A stretch of DNA of 64,000 nucleotides, taken from contig JADGCQ010000009.1 in assembly GCA_015228925.1 (NCBI GenBank), positions 1,515 through 65,514 of the forward strand, in the 5' to 3' direction. Shown here piece after piece: positions 33,473 to 42,181 of this stretch (position 1 is its first letter; each line of letters begins with the position of its first letter). Below the pieces are notes generated by a model that saw only the letters and a list, made by a program, of their open reading frames with translations, was not told where the DNA came from and searched no databases. This DNA is from Magnetococcales bacterium (GTDB lineage: Bacteria; Pseudomonadota; Magnetococcia; Magnetococcales; UBA8363). The position numbers were made by a program, and so were the translations under genes.

Positions 33473-34362
33473 GGCGTTTTCTCACCATCATCTTCAGAAA
33501 TCATCGCATCGCCTGGAGTCTGCGCACTTTGAGCCGCCTGCGCCATGGCGTTCAGACCGTGAACCGCCAAAACGGGACGTTCCCCTTCCAATGAACGGAT
33601 GGCCCGACCAGCGGCGGCATCGGCAATGTCACCATGGGGGCCGGCGGTCAGCCGTTCCTGCAAAAACTGGCGAATCTGAATTTCAACCTCCCGCAATTGT
33701 TCCTCGATCAAATCTTCCAGGCCACCAAAATCGCTGTCCATGGTGACCGAACCCGGCTTGACACGCGCATCGGCCTCAAGTGTGAGTCCCTGCAAATCCT
33801 CCATGTCCTTGATGATCTCATAAACTTCCGGCGCAATATGCAACACAATGTTGCGCCTGCCGGCGGCATGTTTCAAAATTCGGTGAATCCGATGAACGAT
33901 CATTTCGGGATGAATACTCAGTTCATGCGCCAACAACTCCCGTGTCAAGGTCAGGCAGGTCTCGACAAGAAACCTTTCGGAAGCGGCAAAAATCCGCTCC
34001 GGCAAACCATCCAATTCCCGGATCTGGCTCTCCAACTGCGGCAAAACCCGGTTGATCTCCTGCTGCATTCTTTGTTCGCCAATCTCCAAACCCGCCTGTT
34101 CCGCCTCGGCGTAAACCTTTTGATACAACGCCCGCTCCATCTCCTCCATGCGCCGACGCTGAATCTCTTCTGGGGGGATCTCAGGAACCTCCACCTCACG
34201 TGTCACTTCGGGCAGGCGACCATTGGGCATATACCGCATGAAGGTTTCGCCAGATTGACCCTGAACATCTTGATGCGACAAAAGATCGCTGTACAGCAGT
34301 CTGCGCAACGCTTCGCTCTGACCTTCTTCGCCCCGAATCAATTCGCCACCTGGTGAAACCAT
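33469..34362 (-). CDS. fliH: flagellar assembly protein FliH
   Basis: The call rests on its position between fliG and fliI, a central coiled-coil region and a C-terminal FliH/YscL-type domain. I prefer ATG 34362, which has GGGAGG 7 nt upstream, over the track GTG at 34380. Confidence 0.75.
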   Translation of the reverse strand: MVSPGGELIRGEEGQSEALRRLLYSDLLSHQDVQGQSGETFMRYMPNGRLPEVTREVEVPEIPPEEIQRRRMEEMERALYQKVYAEAEQAGLEIGEQRMQQEINRVLPQLESQIRELDGLPERIFAASERFLVETCLTLTRELLAHELSIHPEMIVHRIHRILKHAAGRRNIVLHIAPEVYEIIKDMEDLQGLTLEADARVKPGSVTMDSDFGGLEDLIEEQLREVEIQIRQFLQERLTAGPHGDIADAAAGRAIRSLEGERPVLAVHGLNAMAQAAQSAQTPGDAMISEDDGEKTP

Positions 34363-34386
34363 GAAACACCTCCCATCCACTTAAAC

Positions 34387-35460
34387 CTATAAAACAACGT
34401 CGTCGGACCCTTTGCCCATGATGACGATGGCCCCTTCGGATTCCAATTTTCTGGCAATCTTGAGAATCCCCTGTTGCGCCCCTTCCACATCGGAAACCTT
34501 GACCGGCCCCATCATTTCCAGATCCTCGCGCAACATCTCCGCCGCTCGTTCCGACATGTTGAGGAAGAACTTTTCCTTGAGCCGGTCGTCGGCCCCCTTG
34601 AGGGCGGCCAGCAGTTCGTCGTTGGAAATATCCCGGAGCAAAACCTGGAAGCTCTTGTCGTCCATAAGCAGCAAATCTTCAAACAAGAACATCTCTTTGC
34701 GAACCTCTTCGGCCAGCGGATTATCCTCCTCATCCAGATAAGCCAGCAATTTGTCGGAAATATCCCGACTCATCATATTGAGCAGTTCGGCAACCTTCTT
34801 GACACCACCACCACCCTCCTGTGCATAGCCACCGCGTGTCGCACCCAGGGCGTTGAGTTCCGTCAGCAAAGATTCTTCAATGTCCATCAACGCACCCGGC
34901 GGCAGATTACCCAGCTTGGCCATACGGAAGATCACCTCCTGCTGGGTATCGTGGGCCAGAAAGTCGATGACAAAGGATGCCTGTTCCAATTGTAATTGGG
35001 ATAATATCAGGGCAATACTTTGTGGATGCTCGTTGGCCAAAAACGTCGCGACCAACGTGGGTTCCATGCTGTTGAGAATTTCCCACGGGGTGTTCTTTGG
35101 ACCTTGTTGCAACTCCTTGAGCAATTGCCGCCCCTTCTCCTTGCCCAGGGCCTTCATCACCAAATCCTTCATCTTGTTCATGCCACCGCGAACATCGAAC
35201 TGTTGCAATTCAAATTTATCGAGAAATTCCTGCCGCACCGCCTGGACGACCTCCTGGGGCATCACCCCCATGCGGGCGATGGTACGCGATATCTCCCGAA
35301 TTTCATCCTCCTGCAACCCTTCCATAATCTTCTTGGAATCAGCATCTGGGAGAGACAACAAAAACACCGCCGCCTTTTCCTTACCGCTCAAACGAAAGCG
35401 TCGTATATTGGTCTTTTTGGAATCTGTCGCCGTTCCTGGCCAAACCTGTGTCTCTGCCAT
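34387..35460 (-). CDS. fliG: flagellar motor switch protein FliG
   Basis: The sequence EDEIREISRTIARMG...MGPVKVSDVEGAQQGILKIARKLESEGAI is the typical FliG C-terminus. Confidence 0.9.
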   Translation of the reverse strand: MAETQVWPGTATDSKKTNIRRFRLSGKEKAAVFLLSLPDADSKKIMEGLQEDEIREISRTIARMGVMPQEVVQAVRQEFLDKFELQQFDVRGGMNKMKDLVMKALGKEKGRQLLKELQQGPKNTPWEILNSMEPTLVATFLANEHPQSIALILSQLQLEQASFVIDFLAHDTQQEVIFRMAKLGNLPPGALMDIEESLLTELNALGATRGGYAQEGGGGVKKVAELLNMMSRDISDKLLAYLDEEDNPLAEEVRKEMFLFEDLLLMDDKSFQVLLRDISNDELLAALKGADDRLKEKFFLNMSERAAEMLREDLEMMGPVKVSDVEGAQQGILKIARKLESEGAIVIMGKGSDDVVL

Positions 35461-35500
35461 AACGTTGTCTCTTTTTTATCTTAAAGGGATGATCAATTTC

Positions 35501-37153
35501 TCAATTTTCCAAGGCCAGCCAGGAGCGGATGATTTCTCTGGCATCCTCAACATGTTCACCAATCATCTGCGAAGTCAGCTTGATGTTACGATCCGGTACC
35601 CGCATCCGAATGGGTTGTTCTGTCGGCAGCGTGCCGATCCCCTCCGCAAGCAATTGTTCTTCAAGTTCGGCAACCGCTGCGGGGACACCACTGTTATCCG
35701 CAGACAATTCGTTCTCCATGAGTTTTTGCACCATGGGCCGCAGGACAATGAAGAGAACCAGAAGAATCGTCAGGACCAAGCCAACCTGCATCCAGAAAGC
35801 GGGTTGCTTCCAGAACGGGATCCCCTCCTCTTCCGAGGCGACCATGGGGGCGAACGGCGTTTCGGAAACCTCGATGGTGTCGCCACGATCGGCACGAAAC
35901 CCAACCGCCTGCTCCACAATCTTTTTCAACCCGTTCATCTCGTCTTCAGTCCGTTTTACATATTGCGGTGCCGCATCGGGTTTATCCGATTTTTCCAGTT
36001 TGGCATCGACCAGGACCGCAACGGATATCCGTTTGATGGTCCCTACCGGTAAAACGGTTTTTTCAACTTTCTTTGAAATTTCATAATTGATGGTTTCACG
36101 CTCAACGTTGCGTGTTTGATTGGATCCCGAAGCACCCGCCCCAGAACGATCATTGGCATCGTTGGGACGAACACCCGGAGTACCACCCACCCCAAATTCA
36201 CCCTTGCTGGATTCCGTAGACGTTTGTTCGCTCCGGGCAACCTGCCCATCGGGATTGAAGGTCTCCTCCTGCCGCTCCACCTGGGAAAGATCCAGGTCGG
36301 CGGTAATCCGCACAATGCTCCGGCTGACACCACTGGCATTGATGCCGATAATCTTGTCCAACATAGCCTGTGCGCGATTTTCCAAGGATTTTTCAACCTG
36401 CTTTTGCATATCCATGGATTCATCGGCACCCATGCGGCCATCTTTGGAGGCTTGCTGCCCACCGGCGACCAAATTACCCTTTTGATCCAGCAAGGTGACC
36501 TGAGATTCATCCAACCCTTCGACCGCAGCCGCGACCAAGTGGACAATCCCTTCCGCCTGTTTGGCATTGAGCGGATGGACCAATTCCATGATCACCGATG
36601 CCGTCGCCGGACGCTCCTCGGTGACAAACAATGATTGCTTGGGCATCACCAAATGAACCCGGGCCTTACTCACCGCATCGATGCTTTCGATGGTGCGGGC
36701 CAACTCCCCCTGAAGTGCCCGTTGAAAGTTCATTCTTTGCATGAAATCGGTCATGCCCACCAGATTGCCCTGATCAAACACCTCAAAACCAACTCCCGTC
36801 CCCTTCTTGGGCAAACCCAAGGTGGCCATCTCCAGGCGCAGGTCATAAACACGATCCGCAGGGACTTCAATCGAACTGCCTCCCACCCCCAACTGGTAAG
36901 GGACGTTCATTTTGACCAACTGTTCCACAACACGCCCCGCCTCCACCTCCGGCAGACTGGAGAACAACGTCTTATAAGAGGGCCGCGTGATAAACCAGAT
37001 CACCGCTGTCAACGCGATGACAGTGGAAATGACTGCCACGATCAGACCATTACGTCCCCCCAAAGGAAGATTTTCGAGAAACCTTGAAAAGGCTTCCGCC
37101 GGAGTTTCGCTCCTTCCAGAGTTCGTGGATGCCGAGGTCGCGGATTCAGCCAT
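35501..37153 (-). CDS. fliF: flagellar MS-ring protein FliF
   Basis: 550 aa. It has an N-terminal TM helix and YscJ/FliF ring-building motifs (LFSSLPEVEAGRVVEQL..., ARVHLVMPK), followed by a second TM helix and a C-terminal FliG-binding tail. Confidence 0.9.
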   Translation of the reverse strand: MAESATSASTNSGRSETPAEAFSRFLENLPLGGRNGLIVAVISTVIALTAVIWFITRPSYKTLFSSLPEVEAGRVVEQLVKMNVPYQLGVGGSSIEVPADRVYDLRLEMATLGLPKKGTGVGFEVFDQGNLVGMTDFMQRMNFQRALQGELARTIESIDAVSKARVHLVMPKQSLFVTEERPATASVIMELVHPLNAKQAEGIVHLVAAAVEGLDESQVTLLDQKGNLVAGGQQASKDGRMGADESMDMQKQVEKSLENRAQAMLDKIIGINASGVSRSIVRITADLDLSQVERQEETFNPDGQVARSEQTSTESSKGEFGVGGTPGVRPNDANDRSGAGASGSNQTRNVERETINYEISKKVEKTVLPVGTIKRISVAVLVDAKLEKSDKPDAAPQYVKRTEDEMNGLKKIVEQAVGFRADRGDTIEVSETPFAPMVASEEEGIPFWKQPAFWMQVGLVLTILLVLFIVLRPMVQKLMENELSADNSGVPAAVAELEEQLLAEGIGTLPTEQPIRMRVPDRNIKLTSQMIGEHVEDAREIIRSWLALEN

Positions 37154-37240
37154 GGTCTGTCCTCTTGTTGTACAATGGGGATGGTCTCGACCGTTATCAA
37201 ATCAGGACCATCCTGGTTGGGTCATGCCATTCATGAAATA

Positions 37241-37549
37241 TCAGGCTGGCATACTCATGATTTCCCGATAAACATCCAGGGCCTTGTTGCGAACCTGGAG
37301 CATCAACCGCAAAGAAAGCTCCGCCTCGGATGAGGCGATTTGCGCTTCGTGAATGCTGACCCCAGAATTTCCCAAAAGGGCGCGTTCGCCCAAATCTTTG
37401 GCCCGCTTTTCCAATCGATCGGTCTCTTTGATCTGATTGCCCAGCATCACGGCAAAATCTTCCACCGGGTCACCACTTTCGCCTCCCACTTGCGCAAGGG
37501 TATTCATGTTGGGCATGACCGGACTACTGCTGATCGCTTGAATAGACAT
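37241..37549 (-). CDS. fliE: flagellar hook-basal body complex protein FliE
   Basis: 102 aa. The C-terminus SLRLMLQVRNKALDVYREIMSMP is characteristic of FliE. Confidence 0.85.
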   Translation of the reverse strand: MSIQAISSSPVMPNMNTLAQVGGESGDPVEDFAVMLGNQIKETDRLEKRAKDLGERALLGNSGVSIHEAQIASSEAELSLRLMLQVRNKALDVYREIMSMPA

Positions 37550-37565
37550 GGTTTAGGTGATCCTT

Positions 37566-37991
37566 TTATCTGCCAATCTCCAGGGCCTTCATGGCCATGG
37601 CTTTGGACGCATTGAGGACGGTGACGTTGGATTCATAGGAGCGACTGGCCGACATCATGTTGACCATTTCGGTAACCATGTCGATGTTGGGCATGGCGAC
37701 GTAACCATCGGCATTGGCATCGGGATGGTTGGGGTCGTATTGCATACGGGGTGGTCTTTCATCCACATGGACACGATCCACCGAAACCCCGGTCGCTCCC
37801 GCCATCTCTTCACGGCTCAACATCTCCTTGAAAGGTTTGGCCACAAACACGGGATCCTTGCGTTTATACGGCCCGCCTTCCGCAGTACGGGTGGTTTGGG
37901 CATTGGCCACGTTTTCGGCAATGACATTCATCCGCAAACGTTGCGCAGCCAACCCCGATGAGGTCACTCGGAATGAGGTAAGAAAATCCAT
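37566..37991 (-). CDS. flgC: flagellar basal-body rod protein FlgC
   Basis: Supporting sequences are SGLAAQRLRMNVIAENVANAQTT, the C-terminal VNMMSASRSYESNV, and YVAMPNID. Confidence 0.9.
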   Translation of the reverse strand: MDFLTSFRVTSSGLAAQRLRMNVIAENVANAQTTRTAEGGPYKRKDPVFVAKPFKEMLSREEMAGATGVSVDRVHVDERPPRMQYDPNHPDANADGYVAMPNIDMVTEMVNMMSASRSYESNVTVLNASKAMAMKALEIGR

Positions 37992-38029
37992 CGTTCACGT
38001 TCCTTTTTTTGACTGGCACAACCACCGGT

Positions 38030-38437
38030 TTAGCGACCGTCTATGACCATCCGCATGGTTGAAATCTGACCGCTGAGCGATTGGGCGGCATAGTTATAAA
38101 GCAACTGGTTAGCCGATTGCATGGCCATCTCCTGCTCCAGATCGACGCTGTTCAAATCACCCTTGGGGATGGAGATTTCCACCGCCTGCATCTCTCCCGC
38201 AACCGGGCCGTTGTAGGGCATGGGCATATGTTTGCCGCTAGTCCGGGCAACCGCCAATGAACCGGGCGGCGGCAAGGCTTTGGCCATTTCGTCTTCAAAT
38301 TCAAGACGCATGGACTTATACCCAGGGGTATCGACATTCGCAATATTGGCGGCGATCAATTCCTGACGCTCATGTCTTAAGTTCAGGAGGTTGGTCTTAA
38401 AAGCCCCTGCGGGGCCAAGCAAACCGAGTCCGGCCAT
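38030..38437 (-). CDS. flgB: flagellar basal-body rod protein FlgB
   Basis: The rod N-terminal motif IAANIANVDTPGYK is present. I prefer ATG 38437, which has GGGAG 8-9 nt upstream, over the track TTG at 38455. Confidence 0.85.
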   Translation of the reverse strand: MAGLGLLGPAGAFKTNLLNLRHERQELIAANIANVDTPGYKSMRLEFEDEMAKALPPPGSLAVARTSGKHMPMPYNGPVAGEMQAVEISIPKGDLNSVDLEQEMAMQSANQLLYNYAAQSLSGQISTMRMVIDGR

Positions 38438-38498
38438 TGTTTTTCTCCCTGTCAAAGCGTTGGCGAAAAGCTTTCTGCTCTTTGCGCGAATGACAGTG

Positions 38499-38515
38499 AA
38501 GCACGGAACATGCCA
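38499..38515 (-). promoter_or_regulatory. sigma-54-type promoter (-24/-12) for the flgB operon
   Basis: The minus strand reads TGGCATGTTCCGTGCTT, with the GG and GC separated by exactly 10 nt. The -12 GC lies about 65 nt upstream of the flgB ATG. The -12 element is GTGC rather than TTGC. Confidence 0.55.
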
Positions 38516-38569
38516 AAATTGTTATTGAACCTGAACCCATCGCAATGGCTGGGTGAGATCAAACCGTGT

Positions 38570-38585
38570 TGGCACAGAACTGGCA
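38570..38585 (+). promoter_or_regulatory. sigma-54-type promoter (-24/-12) for the divergent SPOR/ankyrin/Sel1/cysZ unit
   Basis: The plus strand reads TGGCACAGAACTGGCA, with GG-N10-GC spacing. The -24 element is perfect (TGGCAC) and the -12 element is TGGC. It lies about 77 nt upstream of ATG 38662. Confidence 0.5.
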
Positions 38586-38661
38586 TTAATTTTTGGCGTG
38601 CAAAATGGCGATAGCCTGTGTTACCACTTTAAGATCAACGCCTGACAGATCGGAACACGAC

Positions 38662-39486
38662 ATGATCAAAATCGAAATTATTGGACCGAATGGTGAAAAC
38701 CTGCTGGGCGGCACCCTGTCGGAACGGGTCAGAAGACTCGGTTTGCCTGTACTCGGTTTGCTCGGAGGGATGGTACTATCCTTTTTTTTGGCAAATAGCC
38801 TCGTCACCTCCGACAGTGAGATCCGTGCCGATGCCTCACAAGAGGTGCCAAAGACGTTCCAGTCTGGGGTCAGCTACCCCCTGCCAACCGCGCATGTTCC
38901 GAGTAGTGCGCCGAATGTTGCGATAATCACAGCCCAAGGACCATACCCGACCACCCCCAGCGACAAATCGCACACCCTCGCCCAATTCACCGGCAACAAA
39001 AAGGTGACCAATTCTTCAGCCAACGTGACCTCACCCAAAGGACACGCAGGTGCATCGGCCCCACCCAAGGGGGGGCAATACTCTGCCAGCACGCAGGCTT
39101 TTGATTCCGATCCTTTGTTGGACGAACGGATTCAAGCCGCCAAGACGTGGCTTACTGCGAATAATAACAGTGCCATTTACAGTGTCCAGCTCATGTCCGT
39201 TCATCGGTCGTCTTTGGGGGGATTGAAATCCTTCCTGAGCCGTTCCAACCTGGGTCTGTCCGCAGATAAGCTGATGGCCTTCCCCGTAGACCAGGATCGT
39301 CTCCTCCTCTTCTACGGTCAATACGCCACCCGTGAAGAGGCCACTCAGGCCATTGCTTCCCTCCCCGCAAGCATTCGCAATACCGGCCCATTTGTCTTGA
39401 CCGGAAAAAACATCGAGGGAAAACTGGCCCGATTGCACAAAGACACCGAGCCACGGGGCGGGTTGGTTGCCGCCTTGAAACAATAA
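38662..39486 (+). CDS. membrane-anchored protein with C-terminal SPOR-like (peptidoglycan-binding) domain
   Basis: The TM helix is LPVLGLLGGMVLSFFLA, followed by a Pro/Ser/Thr-rich linker. The C-terminus is IYSVQLMSVHRSS...LLLFYGQYATREEATQAIASLP (SPOR pattern). I trimmed to ATG 38662. Confidence 0.55.
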   Translation: MIKIEIIGPNGENLLGGTLSERVRRLGLPVLGLLGGMVLSFFLANSLVTSDSEIRADASQEVPKTFQSGVSYPLPTAHVPSSAPNVAIITAQGPYPTTPSDKSHTLAQFTGNKKVTNSSANVTSPKGHAGASAPPKGGQYSASTQAFDSDPLLDERIQAAKTWLTANNNSAIYSVQLMSVHRSSLGGLKSFLSRSNLGLSADKLMAFPVDQDRLLLFYGQYATREEATQAIASLPASIRNTGPFVLTGKNIEGKLARLHKDTEPRGGLVAALKQ

Positions 39487-40205
39487 TGAAAAACGCGATC
39501 ATGGTTCCGAGAATGCGCGTCGTTTGGCGGTTGTTGGGACTGCTTTTCCTCTTGGGATGGCTGGGTCAAGGGAGTGCCTTGGCGGGTTTGGTGCATCAAG
39601 CCGCCTACCAGGGGCGGCTGGAGACTGTCAAAAGGCTGCTCGCCGACAAACAGGCCGAAATTGACATCTCCGATGGCTTTGGTTCGACCCCTCTGCACCA
39701 TGCGGCCATGGGGGGAAAAGCGGATGTGGTGACTTGGCTGCTGCACAGTGGTGCCAAGGTCGATGCCCTCGATACGGGAGGGGGGACTCCGTTGATTCTG
39801 GCTATCCAATCCAACCATGTGGAAGTCGCCAAGATTTTGGTTCAGGCTGGGGCTGATGTCAACGTACACGATAATCTGGGCACAAGCGTGCTTGCGGGTG
39901 CCGCCTATCACGGGAATCGTGATCTGGTGGAACTGTTATTGGATCGCGGTGCCCAGGTCAATCATGCCAACGATATGGGACTTACCCCGTTGCACATGGC
40001 GACCCTGGCCAATGCCAAAACGATCATGCGAATATTGCTCAATCGTGGGGCCGATGCCAATGCCAAAGATGCCTCCAGTGAGACCCCTCTCAACAAGCAG
40101 AGGGATGAAGAGGCCCGTCAACTCCTGATGGGATATGGTGCGCGTGTGGTGGCAAACCAAGATGGAACCCTCGTCGAACAGTCTTCTCCCAAGGGGATAG
40201 AATAA
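39486..40205 (+). CDS. secreted ankyrin-repeat protein
   Basis: A signal-like N-terminus is followed by about 5 ANK repeats (GSTPLHHAAMGGKADVVTWLLHSGAKVD, GGTPLILAIQSNHVEVAKILVQAGADVN, and others). Confidence 0.85.
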   Translation: MKNAIMVPRMRVVWRLLGLLFLLGWLGQGSALAGLVHQAAYQGRLETVKRLLADKQAEIDISDGFGSTPLHHAAMGGKADVVTWLLHSGAKVDALDTGGGTPLILAIQSNHVEVAKILVQAGADVNVHDNLGTSVLAGAAYHGNRDLVELLLDRGAQVNHANDMGLTPLHMATLANAKTIMRILLNRGADANAKDASSETPLNKQRDEEARQLLMGYGARVVANQDGTLVEQSSPKGIE

Positions 40206-40768
40206 TGATGGCCATGGCTGAATCCGTAAAAACCCAAGCTGCCCCGATCCACGTCATGACCACGGAAAGTCCAGGGTTTCATGAACTCAATCAGGAAGAT
40301 TACGTCGCAACTTTGACCACATTTGCCGAGTGGGGAGACCCCAAAGCCCAACATGATCTGGCAGCACTCTATCTGGAAGGGCTTGACGTGGAACAGGATT
40401 TTGCCGCCGCCTTGAAATGGCATACCCTCGCCGCCCAACAAGGCAATATTCTTTCGCAACACGATCTGGCAACGATGTATCTGGAAGGGTTGGGGGTCAC
40501 ACCCGATCCAGAGACCGCCTTTCGCTGGTTTTTCAAGGCAGCAACCCATGGCGATGCCAAAGCGCAAAATAATCTGGGCATCCTTTATGCCACCGGAACC
40601 GGCGTCGCACTGGATATCATCGAGGCGGCCCAATGGTTTTTATCGGCGGAGTCTCAGGGGATGCTGGATGCCACCGAAAATCTGGAAATTGCCAAGGAAG
40701 AGATGACCCCGGAGCAACTTCAAGAGGCGACAATGCGCTTCCAACTGCGCCAACAGGCAGAGACATGA
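40205..40768 (+). CDS. Sel1-like (SLR/TPR) repeat protein
   Basis: There are four units of the form GDxKAQxxLAxxYxxGxGVxxDxxxAxxWxxxAAxQG. Confidence 0.85.
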   Translation: MMAMAESVKTQAAPIHVMTTESPGFHELNQEDYVATLTTFAEWGDPKAQHDLAALYLEGLDVEQDFAAALKWHTLAAQQGNILSQHDLATMYLEGLGVTPDPETAFRWFFKAATHGDAKAQNNLGILYATGTGVALDIIEAAQWFLSAESQGMLDATENLEIAKEEMTPEQLQEATMRFQLRQQAET

Positions 40769-41502
40769 CCTCTCCCGTTCAAGGTGCCGCCTCCCTTTGG
40801 GCGGGACTCACCATGATTTTTCGTCCCGAACTACGTCGGTTTGTCTGGATTCCATTGTTGGTGAATAGCCTCTTGTTTGGACTGGGATTGTGGTATGGTT
40901 TTGGACAGACGGCGGATCTGCTGGCATGGATTGCCGGGTTTCTCCCCAGTTGGCTACAATGGCTCAGTTGGCTTTTGGTACCATTTTTGGTCGTGGGCGC
41001 GGTGTTGGTATTGATTTCCACATTCACCGTGGTTGCCAATCTGATCGCCTCCCCGTTCTTAAGCTTGCTCGCCGCCGAAGTGGAAGGTCTCATGACCGGC
41101 AAGAAACCGGTGGCCCAATCCCCCGCTCAAGCCATAGGCAATGAATTGGAGAAATTCTTCTACTCCATCAAATGGCTCATCTGGTTTCCGATACTTTTTT
41201 TTATTCCCGTCGTCAATACCCTGATTTCCCCGCTATGGTTTGTTTTTTGTGCCTGGATGATGGCCGTAGAATACGGCGATTATCCCATGGCCAACCAAGG
41301 GATGAATGGTCGCACCGTCCGCCAACATCTCAAGTGCCATAGGGGAGGAAGTCTTGGTTTTGGTGTCGCGGTCATGGTGATGATGATGGTGCCGGTGGTC
41401 AATTTTCTCGTCATGCCCGCCGCCGTGGCGGGGGCGACCATTTTTTGGCTGAAAACACGCCAACCGCAAACTCTGGAAGGGCAATTTCAAGCGACCCCCT
41501 GA
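40765..41502 (+). CDS. cysZ: CysZ/EI24-family membrane protein (putative sulfate transporter)
   Basis: The sequence FRPELRRFVWIPLLVNSLLFGLGLWY and 4 TM helices are colinear with CysZ. I trimmed the track ORF to ATG 40765, which overlaps the upstream stop. Confidence 0.7.
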   Translation: MTSPVQGAASLWAGLTMIFRPELRRFVWIPLLVNSLLFGLGLWYGFGQTADLLAWIAGFLPSWLQWLSWLLVPFLVVGAVLVLISTFTVVANLIASPFLSLLAAEVEGLMTGKKPVAQSPAQAIGNELEKFFYSIKWLIWFPILFFIPVVNTLISPLWFVFCAWMMAVEYGDYPMANQGMNGRTVRQHLKCHRGGSLGFGVAVMVMMMVPVVNFLVMPAAVAGATIFWLKTRQPQTLEGQFQATP

Positions 41503-41512
41503 AAAGAGTTGG

Positions 41513-42127
41513 CTATTTTCTGGAAACCATCCGTTGCCGCCTCGCAGCCTCTGCCCAAAACGCTGATCGGCTTACACCAATGGATGCCGCCTCCGCATCA
41601 ATTTGTTCAATCAAGTCCTCGTCCAGGGAAATATTCGGCCAGCCCTCGTTCCCCAAAAGGTTGACCCGCACCAGAATACGAGCCACCTCTTGAATATCGG
41701 GGTCAGTGACCATGTCATCCAACGTTATCGGGGTCGGCATGGGATCGCCATCGGCGGCCATGGCTGCGACATGCCCTGCCAACGCATTTTCCGCCTGCTC
41801 CGCCGCCTCCTGAACCGTCAGTCCATGGCTAACGCATCCCGGAAAATCGGGGAAAGTCACACCAAATCCATCAACCCCTCTCTCAATGATCGCCAGAAAT
41901 CGTTGAATGGCCATGCTTTTTCTCCTGAGCGCAGCTTGAGACCAGTCTGCCGCTCTGATGCTCTTTAGGGTTCCGATGGGCATATCTTTTACTGGGTGGG
42001 CGACAGTGACCTTGCCGGGAAGACCATCGTGCTTAAAATGGTTATGGTCGCCTGTCTGGCCGACTTTGTACCACCCAGCCTCCTGTAGTCTTTTGATAAT
42101 TTCTCGGCTACTCTTCGGCATTGCCAA
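41513..42127 (-). CDS. HicA toxin and HicB antitoxin in one continuous reading frame (HicB part begins at the internal ATG 41914)
   Basis: Residues 1-62 read SSREIIKRLQEAGWYKVGQTGDHNHFKHDGLPGKVTVAHPVKDMPIGTLKSI, which is HicA/YcfA. Residues 72-204 read FLAIIERGVDGFGVTFPDFPGCVSHGLTVQEAAEQAENALAGHV, which is HicB, followed by a C-terminal RHH (ISLDEDLIEQIDAEAASIGVSRSAFW). No stop codon lies between them. AGGAG lies 8 nt before the internal ATG. Confidence 0.7.
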   Translation of the reverse strand: MAMPKSSREIIKRLQEAGWYKVGQTGDHNHFKHDGLPGKVTVAHPVKDMPIGTLKSIRAADWSQAALRRKSMAIQRFLAIIERGVDGFGVTFPDFPGCVSHGLTVQEAAEQAENALAGHVAAMAADGDPMPTPITLDDMVTDPDIQEVARILVRVNLLGNEGWPNISLDEDLIEQIDAEAASIGVSRSAFWAEAARRQRMVSRK

Positions 42128-42181
42128 TCTCCCCCGAGAATCCCCCTATCGGTCCAGCCATTCCCAAAGATCGGAACGCAG

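Noticed and set aside
34853-36052. A 399-aa plus-strand ORF spanning the fliG/fliF boundary.
   Set aside because: It runs antisense across two well-supported flagellar genes and their intergenic gap. It is Ser/Cys/Arg-rich with no domain signature, so I treat it as a shadow ORF.
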